From Candidatus Yanofskybacteria bacterium RIFCSPLOWO2_02_FULL_44_18 (GTDB taxonomy: Bacteria > Patescibacteriota > Minisyncoccia > 2-02-FULL-40-12 > GWA2-44-9): DNA of 64,000 nucleotides. Both the position numbers and the translations under genes were made by a program. The notes below the pieces were generated by a model. It saw only the letters and a list, made by a program, of their open reading frames with translations. It had not been told where the DNA came from and made no database searches. Of this stretch, positions 46,406 to 57,054 are shown piece after piece; the stretch's first letter is position 1, and the number at the start of each line of letters is the position of its first letter. Where the stretch lies: NCBI GenBank assembly GCA_001794755.1, contig MGKT01000008.1:11491-75490 (forward strand), in the 5' to 3' direction.

Positions 46406-47656
46406 TTATCGCAATATTTCAAGAGCCTTGTCTAACTGCGGATCTTTGCCCGGTTCGCCGATTGTGACGGTTTCTGGATCGGCGTCTTTAGGAATTACAA
46501 TTTTAATGTCAGGTTCAAGGCCGGTTTTTGATATGTTAACGCCGTTTGGCGTCAACCAGCGCGCGACGGTGACCTTCAGTGACGAATCGTCTGAATATTT
46601 TTGAAGCTCCTGCACCAGGCCCTTGCCGAAGGTTTTATCCCCCACCAATTTAATTCCCCGGTTATCATGCAAGGCTCCAGCCAGGATTTCTGAAGCTGAA
46701 GCTGATCCCCCGTTTACCAAAATGACTACCGGATACGATTTCAAAGCCGAACCGCCCATTGCCAGAAAATCATTCGTTTTTCCGTCTCCAAATTCCTCCT
46801 TTGTTACAAGCGCGTTGGAGTCAAGAAAATATCCGGCGATGTCAACCGCCGCATCCAAAAGGCCTCCGGGGTTGTTTCTTAAATCTAATACGATTGCGGA
46901 CGGGTTGTTCTTCAGAATGTCCTGGCTGTTCTTCCTAAATTCGGAAACTACGTTTTGGTTAAACATGTGTATCTGAAGATATGCGATTTTATTGTTATTG
47001 TTGTCGATATATTTCAAATTCGTGGCCGGGATGCGGATGTTTTCCCTTATGAGAGAAAACTCCAACATATCTTCCTTGCCGTTACGGATAATTCCGAGCG
47101 TAACCTTGGTTCCCGGCCGGCCGCGGATAAGTTTAACCGCTTCATCGATTGATAAATCTTGTGTGGATTTTCCGTCAATTTCGAGTATTTTGTCTCCTGC
47201 CAATATACCCGCCTTAAAGGCCGGTGTATCTCTAATAGGTGCGACGACCATTAAAACATCATTTCTTTTATCGATTTCGATGCCGACGCCGCCGAATGAA
47301 CCAGCTATCTCGGATTCAAATTTTTTGCTTGATTCAGGCTCAAGAAATACCGTGTACGGATCCCCCACGCTGTCAACCATGCCCTTTATTGCGCCGTATA
47401 CCATTGTTTTGGGATCAAGCTGGGCAGGCTCCACATATTTTTTTTGAAGGTCATCCCAGACTTTCCAGAATAGTGAAAAATCAACGTCTTCGACGGTTTG
47501 GGAATCCTTATTTACCAATCTGTAAACGGGATTGCCGCCGTCAAAAGCTGCGCTGACTAAAAAGCCGCCCAAAAAAGCGATTGCAATTACGGCGATTAAA
47601 ACGCGTTTAGAAAACGACTTGCGTTCCGGAGTATTTTCGGAAGTATTTAATTCCAT
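46406..47656 (-). CDS. ctpA: Carboxy-terminal processing protease (S41)
   Basis: DPYT, GVGIEI PDZ, DLRNNPGG, SASASEI, TFGKG. Confidence 0.92.
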   Translation of the reverse strand: MELNTSENTPERKSFSKRVLIAVIAIAFLGGFLVSAAFDGGNPVYRLVNKDSQTVEDVDFSLFWKVWDDLQKKYVEPAQLDPKTMVYGAIKGMVDSVGDPYTVFLEPESSKKFESEIAGSFGGVGIEIDKRNDVLMVVAPIRDTPAFKAGILAGDKILEIDGKSTQDLSIDEAVKLIRGRPGTKVTLGIIRNGKEDMLEFSLIRENIRIPATNLKYIDNNNNKIAYLQIHMFNQNVVSEFRKNSQDILKNNPSAIVLDLRNNPGGLLDAAVDIAGYFLDSNALVTKEEFGDGKTNDFLAMGGSALKSYPVVILVNGGSASASEILAGALHDNRGIKLVGDKTFGKGLVQELQKYSDDSSLKVTVARWLTPNGVNISKTGLEPDIKIVIPKDADPETVTIGEPGKDPQLDKALEILR

Positions 47657-48404
47657 CTCTTATATGCCATCTGGTTTGCTTGTTAAAAATCGGGCCCAGG
47701 AGGCCGAACCTTCTTGAACCCGGTTTTTGATAATGATACATGGAAACCAAAGGATAATACACGACTTCAAATCCATTTTCCCAAAACATTTGAGCCCAGT
47801 CAACATCGTTAAAATAGTGGAAGAATGATTCATCCATCGGCCCGACTTTTTCGTAGGCTTCCCGGGATATTAAAATCGCCGATCCCATAAGCCAGTCCAC
47901 GGGTTGAGTTTGCTTCAAATCCGCGTCGGCGTATCTGAATCTGCTAAGCTCCCTCTTCATGAATGGCAGTTTAAACGGCAGGCGCCGATAAATAATTGTC
48001 CAAGGAGAATAGAAGCGAAAACATGAATCCTGGTGCGTACCGTCGAAGTTCAGGAGTTCCGGCCCGAGCATGCCTATTTGGGGTCTGTTGTTCATGTAAT
48101 GGGACATTTTCTCGATTGATCCAGCCAGAGGTGCGATGTCAACATTCAGAATCAGCAGCTGGTCCCCTATCGCCTCCTTCAGCCCGATGTTGTTGGCTCG
48201 TGTATAACCGAGATTTTCTTTCAGCGGGATTAATTTAACTGACGGAAATTCTTCAGTGATTACGGATCTGGTTTCATATTCAGAGGCATTATCAACGGCG
48301 ATAATCTCGTATTTAAAATCTCTCGATATGCTCGCCGTGACCGATTTCAGACAGAGCCGTAAAAGCGGCGGATTTTTGTAGTTCAGGATAATAATAGAAA
48401 GCAT
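47607..48404 (-). CDS. GT2 glycosyltransferase (rhamnosyltransferase-like)
   Basis: IIILNY, VDNAS, NLGY..ANN.G, DWLMGS, MDESFF.YFNDVDW. Confidence 0.88.
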   Translation of the reverse strand: MLSIIILNYKNPPLLRLCLKSVTASISRDFKYEIIAVDNASEYETRSVITEEFPSVKLIPLKENLGYTRANNIGLKEAIGDQLLILNVDIAPLAGSIEKMSHYMNNRPQIGMLGPELLNFDGTHQDSCFRFYSPWTIIYRRLPFKLPFMKRELSRFRYADADLKQTQPVDWLMGSAILISREAYEKVGPMDESFFHYFNDVDWAQMFWENGFEVVYYPLVSMYHYQKPGSRRFGLLGPIFNKQTRWHIRDGIKYFRKYSGTQVVF

Positions 48405-48418
48405 TGATATATGTTAAA

Positions 48419-48521
48419 ACGCGGAATGGTATCAGAGGGACCACGAGGAGTGGCCTGACGACGAGTCCGAGCAAAAAAGTCAGCAGACTTTTTATGCGCG
48501 CCCGATGAGGCCATTCCGCGT
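48419..48521 (-). repeat. Dispersed structured intergenic repeat, copy 2
   Basis: Core near-identical to 28213-28290; closing stem ACGCGGAATGG/CCATTCCGCGT. Confidence 0.85.
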
Positions 48522-48523
48522 GA

Positions 48524-49531
48524 TTACTCTACAATTTCCTTAAACATTTTTCTTATATCGCCATAGTCGTCGCCCTTAGGCAATAAAATATAGACCTTAT
48601 TCTCAATGCTCTGATAAAGCAGATTTTCAGTGGACATTACAAATTGAGCGGGCTGGGAATTATTTACCTGCTTGGCTAAATTAATTATCGTTTTTGAGTC
48701 AAATATATTTAAATCAGTGGTAATGTTCTTTCTTATGGAGTTTATTATCTCCAGCGTCTTAATCGGATCGGATATGTAATTCAGCTTCATGACCTTGTCT
48801 TTAATGGCCATGATGACCTGCTGCTGGCGGCGGGAGCGGTCAAAGTCGTTCGTCGAGTAGCGGGAGCGGACGTAGTAAAGGGCGGTCTCGCCATTAAGAT
48901 GATTTTCGCCGGCCGGGATATAGAAACTATTTCCCCATTGATCATTTTCCTCAAAGGGCTTTTCAAGATGGATATCAATGCCGCCTAAGTCGTCGATGAT
49001 GGTTTTGAATGAGGAAAAATCAAAAACAACAACGTTGTCAATGTGAACGCCTGTCAGGTTTGAGAAAATTCTCCTACTGTATCCAAGCCCGTCTTTTTTG
49101 GCCAGCCCCTTTTCGTAACCGGTATTGGCTTTATCCATCTTTCCGCCGATATTAATGTACAGATCCCTGGGGATGGAAACGATGGCTGACTTGTTTGTCT
49201 GTTTGTTATGACTGAAAAGAAGAATAGTATCGGTCAAAAGACCGCCCTGTTCCGCATCGGGATCATCCAGTCCTCTCATGCCTAAAACCAAAATATCCGT
49301 CCTGTTTTCTTCCGGAGTTGGCGTCGGTTCTTCTTGAGCTTGACTAAACGTAAGTATCGTCGCTACCCGATTCCAGAACCCGTTCTCCTTGGCCGTGTTT
49401 ACTTCGATTGTATTGTAAGCCAGGCCCAATTTAACGGCTCCCCAGCCCAAAAGGATAAAGAGAAACAATAATCCCAAAAGAGCCAATTTTCTTTTGGATT
49501 TTTTTTCTTGTAATGTGTTTAATTCATCCAC
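48524..49531 (-). CDS. LytR-CpsA-Psr (LCP) family protein
   Basis: ILVLG, TDTI, SIPRDLY, ALYYVRSR, DFDRSRRQQ. Confidence 0.93.
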   Translation of the reverse strand: MDELNTLQEKKSKRKLALLGLLFLFILLGWGAVKLGLAYNTIEVNTAKENGFWNRVATILTFSQAQEEPTPTPEENRTDILVLGMRGLDDPDAEQGGLLTDTILLFSHNKQTNKSAIVSIPRDLYINIGGKMDKANTGYEKGLAKKDGLGYSRRIFSNLTGVHIDNVVVFDFSSFKTIIDDLGGIDIHLEKPFEENDQWGNSFYIPAGENHLNGETALYYVRSRYSTNDFDRSRRQQQVIMAIKDKVMKLNYISDPIKTLEIINSIRKNITTDLNIFDSKTIINLAKQVNNSQPAQFVMSTENLLYQSIENKVYILLPKGDDYGDIRKMFKEIVE

Positions 49532-50550
49532 TTTCTCATTTCACGAGAAGTTCTTCTGGCTCGCCTCATAACTTCCTTCCTTGTTTTTAATATCGTCGGC
49601 AATCCTGATATGAAGCCCGGAATGGCCATTAGCACTTTCGGTTCAAATAAAACGGCGTATCCCAATACCTGGATTTCTCTCAATAGTATCCTCGGCAGGT
49701 CTTTTAAGATATTGATTATATAATCATTTTTAATGATTGTCCATCTGACATTCCGCCAATCCAACCGCCTCTTTTCAATGTCAATCCGGCTTCTTTCTGA
49801 CCGTCTTGAGAAATACTGAAGCCATTTTTTGGCGTATCCTTTTGTCGTCGACCGGTCATGATAGGCAATTACGTTAGGGGCGTAGATTTGCTTCCAGCCG
49901 AACATGTTCATGCGCCAGGCTAAATCTAAATCATCGCCGTATCCCAACGGCCCCACCCTATATATTGGATCTATGAAGTGTCCGTTAATTTTGCAATCTT
50001 CAAGTGTTTTCTTTCTGAATATCGGTACAGCCCCCTCGACGCCGAAAATTTCTTTAACTTCTCCAAATTGGCCATTATTAACTTCACCTTGGCCGTCATT
50101 TATGATTTTTCTCGAGTGAAATATTTTAAACCCGACGCAGTCAATGACATTTGTTTTTTCCGGCTCATTATTTGAATATAAATTCATCTGATAGATTTTT
50201 GCCTGAACGGCCCCGATTTTATCATCGTACTCCATAATGCTTACCGCGTTTTCGATGAAATACGGATCGAGGATGACGTCCGTAAGGGCGACGATATATT
50301 TGCCGTTTGAAATATCAAATAATTTTTCTTGGGCCGCCCAGATGCCGATGTTTTCACCGCTTCGCGTCAATTTATATTCAGGAAATTCGGTTGTCACGAT
50401 TTCGACAGTTTCGTCATTAGAATTATTGTCAAAAACATTAATCTCCATATTTCCGTATGTTTGGCTTTTGACCGAATTCAAAGTGTGGCGGATAAATTTA
50501 GCGCCGTTTCGGACAGCCAGGTTAATTGTTACCGGAGGATTGTGGGACAT
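49519..50550 (-). CDS. GT2 glycosyltransferase
   Basis: VRNG..I, DNNSNDET, DDLDLAWR. Confidence 0.88.
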   Translation of the reverse strand: MSHNPPVTINLAVRNGAKFIRHTLNSVKSQTYGNMEINVFDNNSNDETVEIVTTEFPEYKLTRSGENIGIWAAQEKLFDISNGKYIVALTDVILDPYFIENAVSIMEYDDKIGAVQAKIYQMNLYSNNEPEKTNVIDCVGFKIFHSRKIINDGQGEVNNGQFGEVKEIFGVEGAVPIFRKKTLEDCKINGHFIDPIYRVGPLGYGDDLDLAWRMNMFGWKQIYAPNVIAYHDRSTTKGYAKKWLQYFSRRSERSRIDIEKRRLDWRNVRWTIIKNDYIINILKDLPRILLREIQVLGYAVLFEPKVLMAIPGFISGLPTILKTRKEVMRRARRTSREMRKWMN

Positions 50551-52072
50551 GATATTTTTTTATTAATATACCTGCCGTTATTGCAAGCATTAAAAACGCC
50601 CTCTCATCGAACACGGCGACATCAGTCAAAAGATAAAGCAAAACCCAGGGAAAATATAATAGCGACGCGCCATAAAATACAATCAAAAAAGGATCATCCG
50701 ATGACGCGTATTTCTTGAATGCGTTGAATAATATTTTTAGCATAAGCCAAATCGCCAATATCAAGGCTGGTATTCCCATCTCGGCGGCGACATGAAGATA
50801 TAAATTATGCGCCGATGATCCGGCCTTGGCTAACTTGAGATCCTGGCTCAAGACTATCGGATAATTTCCGATGCCGATTCCCAATATCGGATGCTTGATT
50901 ATGGAATCCGTCGTTTTTTTCCATATTTCAATTCTTTGGGCGTTTGACGTCTCGCCGAAATCAATAATTGATCGCACGCGTTTTTGAAGCAGCAGATTAT
51001 CTCCCTTTGAAACAAGAAACTGGGGCGAAGCGAATATGGGAAAAGCGACGAAAAAAAGAAGGAAAAATATGGATATGTACGACGCGAGGTACATGAATAT
51101 TTTTCTGCGGCTGTCTTTAAGAAAATATATGACAATCAAACCAAAAAGAATAACCCCGATACTGCCCGCCCATATCCCCCGGGTGCCGCTTAAGATTAGC
51201 ATTAGATAGACAAGGGGCGCCCATAATATATGCAAGCCAGATCGAGTTTGGAATAAGTTCTTAATTTTTCTCCCCGGTTCCGCGATGTATCGGGCAATTT
51301 TATTTTTGAGAGATATGGCGAATATTGCCGGCAAGCCCAGAAGCATGAATATGGGGTAGGAATGGGAATCGGGGAAAAGAGAAAACGTTCTAAGCGACAA
51401 CTGCTCGCCGAAGTACGCAAACCATGTATTCCCGACATTGACCGCGATATCACACCACTGATTGCCGAATTGATTGCATTGTACATTTTCGCCCCATATT
51501 CTCATGAACTGGTATATGTCCATAAAATATGTGGAAACAACTTGGCCCAGGCCGACAATCGCCACGATTATTGTCGGAACGGCGGTGTTTTTTATGAGAT
51601 TCCTTAAAATTCCAGTATTCCGATTCGCCAGATCATAGGCCACGATGCCGATTAAGCTAAGATTTAAAAAATAGATGACCCTTTTTACCGCCATTATTTT
51701 GTCGCCGGCCGGCAATATCGAGAGCAGAGCCATAATCAGGAGGCCGGCTAAAATTTTTGTTTCCGCCGACAATCTGGGGGTAATTGATAAAAAAGTCCGG
51801 ATGGAGTATTTTTGAAACCACCATTTTAAAAAAATGGCGATTGACATAACGCGCCAAGTGTTAAAATTATCGAACGAGGACGTCAGGGGCAACGCCAGAA
51901 AGAACGGTATGGAACGAAGAAAAAGAATTGTGGAATTTTCAACTGACGCAAACAGGGCGTAAATAATTAAAACTAAAGCCAAAACATTGGCAAAAGACCT
52001 AGGGATAAGCCCCGAGACGATGAGAAAGAATAAGATTAGCTCAAAAATAAAAATGATATTCAGCTTTTTCAT
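50522..52072 (-). CDS. O-antigen ligase/polymerase-like membrane protein
   Basis: Many TM segments; SGTRG, RIEIW, PILGIG.GNY, AHNLYL..AEMG. Confidence 0.88.
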   Translation of the reverse strand: MKKLNIIFIFELILFFLIVSGLIPRSFANVLALVLIIYALFASVENSTILFLRSIPFFLALPLTSSFDNFNTWRVMSIAIFLKWWFQKYSIRTFLSITPRLSAETKILAGLLIMALLSILPAGDKIMAVKRVIYFLNLSLIGIVAYDLANRNTGILRNLIKNTAVPTIIVAIVGLGQVVSTYFMDIYQFMRIWGENVQCNQFGNQWCDIAVNVGNTWFAYFGEQLSLRTFSLFPDSHSYPIFMLLGLPAIFAISLKNKIARYIAEPGRKIKNLFQTRSGLHILWAPLVYLMLILSGTRGIWAGSIGVILFGLIVIYFLKDSRRKIFMYLASYISIFFLLFFVAFPIFASPQFLVSKGDNLLLQKRVRSIIDFGETSNAQRIEIWKKTTDSIIKHPILGIGIGNYPIVLSQDLKLAKAGSSAHNLYLHVAAEMGIPALILAIWLMLKILFNAFKKYASSDDPFLIVFYGASLLYFPWVLLYLLTDVAVFDERAFLMLAITAGILIKKYHVPQSSGNN

Positions 52073-53196
52073 TTGACCATGCTTCTTATAATATTCAGCC
52101 AGTTGTCAGCGAACCTTTTCCATGAATATCGGCCGGCGAATTGAGGTCCGTCGGTTTTTATTTTTTCCCGTCGGCTACTGTCAGTCAACGATTGAACGAT
52201 AGCACCTGCTATGCCATCAACCGTGTTATTGGCTGCATAAAACGCGTAATCCTCAAAAAGCTCATGGCCAAGTTCGTTGTCGGCGACAACGGGCGCCACG
52301 CCGAATGACAAGGCTTCCATCGGCGGCAAACCGAACGCTTCACGGTCGGAAACGTATATCAGTGAAGAGGCGCCGACATACAACTTCAGCAGCTCGCCGT
52401 CGGATACGTAGTTGGCATGGCTGATTGCTTCGCAGCCTATTCTTGAATTAACGTCCTTCGCGAGTTGAGCTATTGTTTTAGCGTCATATTTATCGGGTCC
52501 GACGGCGATTAATTTTAAATCCGGAAACTGGCCGTGTATTTTTTCAAATGCCAGCATTGTTTCTTTCAGATGCCGTCTAGGAAAAGCCTGGCCGACGTAC
52601 AAAATATATTTTTCAGTGGGCTGTACAAAATTGATATTTTCGCGGACATCAATCCCGAGATGATTAACCGATATTCGTTTCTCGTCTATTTTAAACAGCT
52701 TGGAAACGTTTCTTTTCGATGTTTCAGATATGACCATGATTTTTTTCGCGAAAACAGCCGCCCATCGGGAAAATATCGCGTATGACAATCTATACCGAAA
52801 TGGAAGATTTCCCTCAAACGTTTCGTAATATACATCCTCGGTCAATACAACCAGAGAATTTTCTAATGATATTACGGGAAGCATGTACTTGGGCCAGTAC
52901 ATGGCATCCAGTTTTTCGAACCACAGTCTGACAGGTAAAAGTGCGAAATAATATATCGGGAAAAGTCGGTGTGGAAAAAACGGAACCGGAGTCGTTTTCT
53001 TTTCGAAGACGGGCGAGTTCAAGTACGGCAGATCCGGTATTGAATCCTTGAAGTACAAAATGAATTTGAATTGATCCTCCAGCTCCTTTTTCTTTGAAAT
53101 TTCCTCAAGCAATCTGGACAGCATTTTCCCGACCCCCCAGGAGGGATTCTTAGACTCGATTTCCTCGCATTCGATTCCGATTCTATATTTTGCCAT
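52069..53196 (-). CDS. GT4 glycosyltransferase
   Basis: ILYVG, EAFGLPPMEA, YSW. Confidence 0.88.
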   Translation of the reverse strand: MAKYRIGIECEEIESKNPSWGVGKMLSRLLEEISKKKELEDQFKFILYFKDSIPDLPYLNSPVFEKKTTPVPFFPHRLFPIYYFALLPVRLWFEKLDAMYWPKYMLPVISLENSLVVLTEDVYYETFEGNLPFRYRLSYAIFSRWAAVFAKKIMVISETSKRNVSKLFKIDEKRISVNHLGIDVRENINFVQPTEKYILYVGQAFPRRHLKETMLAFEKIHGQFPDLKLIAVGPDKYDAKTIAQLAKDVNSRIGCEAISHANYVSDGELLKLYVGASSLIYVSDREAFGLPPMEALSFGVAPVVADNELGHELFEDYAFYAANNTVDGIAGAIVQSLTDSSRREKIKTDGPQFAGRYSWKRFADNWLNIIRSMVK

Positions 53197-54067
53197 AGCG
53201 CTGGTAATAAAAATCCAATACCCCTTTGATTATTGCTTTTGATTCTTCGACATGATAATTAAAAACAATTTTTATCGCCTGCTTCGTTAATATCAGCCAG
53301 CTCCACGGCAAAAGCATGAATTGAACCCAAACCGGCCCGTGCTTCATATTGAAATATAAGGCATTGCGATAATGGAGCCTTAATAAAGTCGGCGAACCAA
53401 GCTTCGCAGCCGATGAGGATTGGGCGTGTTTCACAATCGGGAGACGCAGGTATTCAATCGGCACGTTGGCCTTCCAGGCTCTGAATGAAAAGTCAGCGTC
53501 CTCAAAATAGAGAAAATAATTTTCATCAAAAACCCCTATCTTTCTAAACACGTCTTTCGATACGGCCATTCCCCCGCCGATTGCGTATTTAAAATTTACT
53601 TTTGTAGTCTTTTCGCCTTTGACGTACCCATGGCCGTGAGTCAGTGTCGGCTTAAGCCATTGCAAGCACCCGCCGAATGATATGTGCCCGTCCCCTTCAT
53701 CCAGCGGCAGGCCGATGATGCCCTCCTTGTGCTCTAATTCCGGCTTCAGGCGTTCGATAAAATCACTTTCGACCCAGGTATCATTATTGAGCAATACCAC
53801 CCAGTCAGCGCCGGCTTTCAGGGCTTTGTTGATTCCGTAATTTGATCCGCCCGCGAATCCCGAATTGACCGCGTTTTTGAATAAAAAAACATCTGGCGAA
53901 TTATTAAGAATCCAGTTTTCCAACCGGGCATAATCGTATTTATCGGAATTATTATCAACGACAATCATCTGGAAATCCTTTACGGATTGATTTTTTAAAC
54001 TATCGAGCAGTATGATTGTTTTTTCCGCGCCGTTGAAATTTATTGTGGCGATTGATATTCTATCCAT
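53183..54067 (-). CDS. GT2 glycosyltransferase
   Basis: VVDNNS, GFAGG.N, LLNND, FDENYFLYFEDAD. Confidence 0.9.
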   Translation of the reverse strand: MDRISIATINFNGAEKTIILLDSLKNQSVKDFQMIVVDNNSDKYDYARLENWILNNSPDVFLFKNAVNSGFAGGSNYGINKALKAGADWVVLLNNDTWVESDFIERLKPELEHKEGIIGLPLDEGDGHISFGGCLQWLKPTLTHGHGYVKGEKTTKVNFKYAIGGGMAVSKDVFRKIGVFDENYFLYFEDADFSFRAWKANVPIEYLRLPIVKHAQSSSAAKLGSPTLLRLHYRNALYFNMKHGPVWVQFMLLPWSWLILTKQAIKIVFNYHVEESKAIIKGVLDFYYQRYGKI

Positions 54068-55118
54068 TTATTAATTCCAGTATATCATTTCTGAATTTTT
54101 CTCTTGAAAATATTTTGACTGATTTTTTGATTTTCTCCGGATTATAATTCGGATAATTCGCGTCTAACCGGCGTATTCCATCAACAAGGCACTCCGTAAT
54201 GGGGTCATCAAAAAATTCGCCGTTGACGCCCTTCTCTATGATTTCCAAAGCGCCGCCTTTTTTTAAGGCCAAGACCGGCTTTCCAAAACTCATGGCCTCG
54301 ACGGGGGTCAGTCCGAAATCTTCTTCCTGGGGCATTACAAAAGCCCGGCATGATGCATAATATTCGGCTATTTTATCATCACTCAAATGGCCCGTAAACT
54401 TAATGTTGGATTTTGCTATACGACTTAATTTCATCCGATTCGGTCCATCGCCGACAATTACCAGCGGCTTTTTTATTTTGTTAAAAGCATCAATGGCAAT
54501 TGATATGTTCTTGTAATCATAAAGGCGAGAAACGATTAAATAGAAGTCGCCCTGCGAAATCGGAGCATTAGATTTTAATGTTAATGGCGGATATATTACC
54601 TTGGCTTCCCGGCCGTAATATTTGGCGATTCTATTCTTAACATTTTTGGATATAGCAGCGAATTCATCAACTCTGCCAGCCGCCTGTTTGTCCCAGATTC
54701 TCAAAAAGTGCGTTATTAATCGGCCGGCAAGGAACCTTGAATAATTATTATGCATATCCCAAAGCTGGCGGCTGGGACTGTAGCAATAGCATATATGCCT
54801 GGTCCCGGGGCTTACAATAACTCCTTTTGAGAAGACGGCCGATGAGGATATGACTGTGTCATATCCGGAAAAATCGAACGACTCAACCGCCGAAGGCATT
54901 AAAGGAACGTATGTTTTTTGCAGCGGGGAGCATATTAGCGGGAATTTTTGTAGAAAGCTCGCTCTGACATCGGCGTCCGGAAAATGCTTCTTTAAAAAAT
55001 CCGGATTGTAAAAAAGCGTGAAAATCGGAGCGTTAGGAAACATGTCATGCAGTTCCATCAAAACTCTTTCAGAGCCGCTGAGTCTGTATATCCAGTCATG
55101 GACAATGGCAATCTTCAT
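54060..55118 (-). CDS. GT4 glycosyltransferase
   Basis: MKIAIVHDW..GSERV, EDFGLTPVEAM. Confidence 0.9.
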   Translation of the reverse strand: MKIAIVHDWIYRLSGSERVLMELHDMFPNAPIFTLFYNPDFLKKHFPDADVRASFLQKFPLICSPLQKTYVPLMPSAVESFDFSGYDTVISSSAVFSKGVIVSPGTRHICYCYSPSRQLWDMHNNYSRFLAGRLITHFLRIWDKQAAGRVDEFAAISKNVKNRIAKYYGREAKVIYPPLTLKSNAPISQGDFYLIVSRLYDYKNISIAIDAFNKIKKPLVIVGDGPNRMKLSRIAKSNIKFTGHLSDDKIAEYYASCRAFVMPQEEDFGLTPVEAMSFGKPVLALKKGGALEIIEKGVNGEFFDDPITECLVDGIRRLDANYPNYNPEKIKKSVKIFSREKFRNDILELING

Positions 55119-56116
55119 CTTTTGGCAACCACGTTTTTCTTATACGCTTCCAGATTATCCAAAACAATTCCAGTTCCTCGGGCCACGCAGAAAAGCGGGT
55201 CGTCGGCGATTGCGGCCGGAACGCCGGTTATTTTTGTAATAAGCGCGTCAATATTTTTTAATAATGCGCCTCCGCCGGATATTATAATTCCCCTGTCCAT
55301 TATGTCCGCGCAAAGTTCCGGCGGCGTGACTTCCAGCACATTTTTTATAATCTGGACTATCTCTCTCAATTGTTCGCCCATTGCCTCGGTTATTTCATTT
55401 GATGAAATTTCTATGGTCTTGGGATAGCCGGAGGATAAATCTCGTCCCTTGATATTTATTTTTTCTTCGTTGGCCTGTTTAACGGCGCTGCCGATTGATA
55501 TTTTTATCAATTCCGCCGTTCTCTCGCCTATGGCCAGGCCATGTTTGTGTTTTATGTAATCAACAATGGAGGCATCAAGCTTATTCCCACCAACCCGTAT
55601 TGACGCGCAGCTGACTATGCCGCCCAGAGAAATAACGGCCAATTCGGTGGTTCCGCCGCCGATATTCAAAATCATATTTCCGGTAGGATTATTTATCGGA
55701 ATCTTCGCTCCGATTGCCGCCAGCACGGGCTCCTTTACTAGATAAACAGCTTTAGCTCCGGCGTTTAATGTTGATTCGATTACTGCTCTTTTTTCCGTTG
55801 ACGTAATGCCCGCCGGAACTGAAATTAAAACCTCCGGTTTTATAAAGCTTAAAAAACCGCCGGCTTTACGGATGAAATAGCGGAGCATGGCTCCGGTTAC
55901 CTTGAAATCAGCAATAGCGCCGTTGACCAGCGGTTTTGACACGACAATGCTGTCGGGAGTCCGGCCGATCATTTCTTTGGCCAGATTCCCCACGGCCAGA
56001 ACTTTATTGTCTATTACGGAAATTGCAACGACAGAGGGCTCGTTTATCACGATTCCTTTTTTAGGCATAAAAACAACGGTGTTTGTAGTTCCCAGATCGA
56101 TACCTATCTTTTTCAT
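55115..56116 (-). CDS. mreB: Rod shape-determining protein MreB
   Basis: [36 protein letters not shown]. Confidence 0.95.
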   Translation of the reverse strand: MKKIGIDLGTTNTVVFMPKKGIVINEPSVVAISVIDNKVLAVGNLAKEMIGRTPDSIVVSKPLVNGAIADFKVTGAMLRYFIRKAGGFLSFIKPEVLISVPAGITSTEKRAVIESTLNAGAKAVYLVKEPVLAAIGAKIPINNPTGNMILNIGGGTTELAVISLGGIVSCASIRVGGNKLDASIVDYIKHKHGLAIGERTAELIKISIGSAVKQANEEKINIKGRDLSSGYPKTIEISSNEITEAMGEQLREIVQIIKNVLEVTPPELCADIMDRGIIISGGGALLKNIDALITKITGVPAAIADDPLFCVARGTGIVLDNLEAYKKNVVAKR

Positions 56117-56201
56117 GGCGCAATGATTATAGCCCCTGTTTCAGCGACTGGCAATCGATTTGACGAAAGCGATGAAATATGTGAAAATATAAAATCATTA
56201 T

Positions 56202-57035
56202 ATGACCAGACTTACCCGACGGATTATTTTTTATATTGCCATTTTCTTGTTTTTAAGCGTTGGATATGTCGCCGTCTTGTATGCTCAGGGATATAAGTAT
56301 GACTTTGAAGAGGGTGAATTTTTAAAAACAGGGGCTTTTTATCTGAAATCAAACACCAGCGCCGAAGTTTACGTTGACGGAGAATTTGCCGGCAAGACCT
56401 CGTTTTTGACTAGTTCATTCAGTCAGGACAGGTTATTGCCGGGCCAATACACGGTGCAGGTCAAAAAGGATGGATACTCAACGTGGCAAAAAAATATCGG
56501 TGTTGACGAAGGCATGGTAACTGACTTTCCAAGGGTGATGATACTTCCGATTGATGGTGAAGATGCCAATGATCTCATTGTCGAAATTGAAACTCTGTTT
56601 TTGCCTCTGGTGACGCCTATCCCATCACCAATCAAAAAGTCGCCACAGCCTACGCCGATGATTATTAAATCCGGTGACTATCAGATGCTGAATAAGACAC
56701 TGATTGATGCTCGAATTGAGGATCAGCCCAAGATATTAGCCACTAATGTCCTTGGTTTTTCCCTATCGGAAGATAAAAGCAAAATAGTTTGGTGGGATGA
56801 TAGACAAGTTTGGCTGATGCATTTAAAAGATCAGGACTATCAGCCTTATATGAAGACCGGCGAAAGAGATTTGGTACTTCGCCTGAACAAAACAATCAAA
56901 AACGCTGCCTGGTTTAGAGACAGCGATCATGTAGTTCTTGATATGGGTAGCGTTGCCAGCGGCTCAACCGTTAAGCATGAGTATCAGATTGTGGAAATCG
57001 ACAGAAGAGGCGGCCAGAATGTTATAAAAATATAA
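56202..57035 (+). CDS. PEGA-domain membrane-anchored protein
   Basis: N-terminal TM; AEVYVDG, LLPGQYTVQVKKDGYSTW. Confidence 0.8.
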   Translation: MTRLTRRIIFYIAIFLFLSVGYVAVLYAQGYKYDFEEGEFLKTGAFYLKSNTSAEVYVDGEFAGKTSFLTSSFSQDRLLPGQYTVQVKKDGYSTWQKNIGVDEGMVTDFPRVMILPIDGEDANDLIVEIETLFLPLVTPIPSPIKKSPQPTPMIIKSGDYQMLNKTLIDARIEDQPKILATNVLGFSLSEDKSKIVWWDDRQVWLMHLKDQDYQPYMKTGERDLVLRLNKTIKNAAWFRDSDHVVLDMGSVASGSTVKHEYQIVEIDRRGGQNVIKI

Positions 57036-57054
57036 AATCAATCGAGATTTTATA

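Noticed and set aside
47607-56116. Glycosyltransferase cluster as a horizontally acquired island
   Set aside because: Composition resembles the backbone, it is co-operonic with mreB and ctpA, and no mobility genes are present
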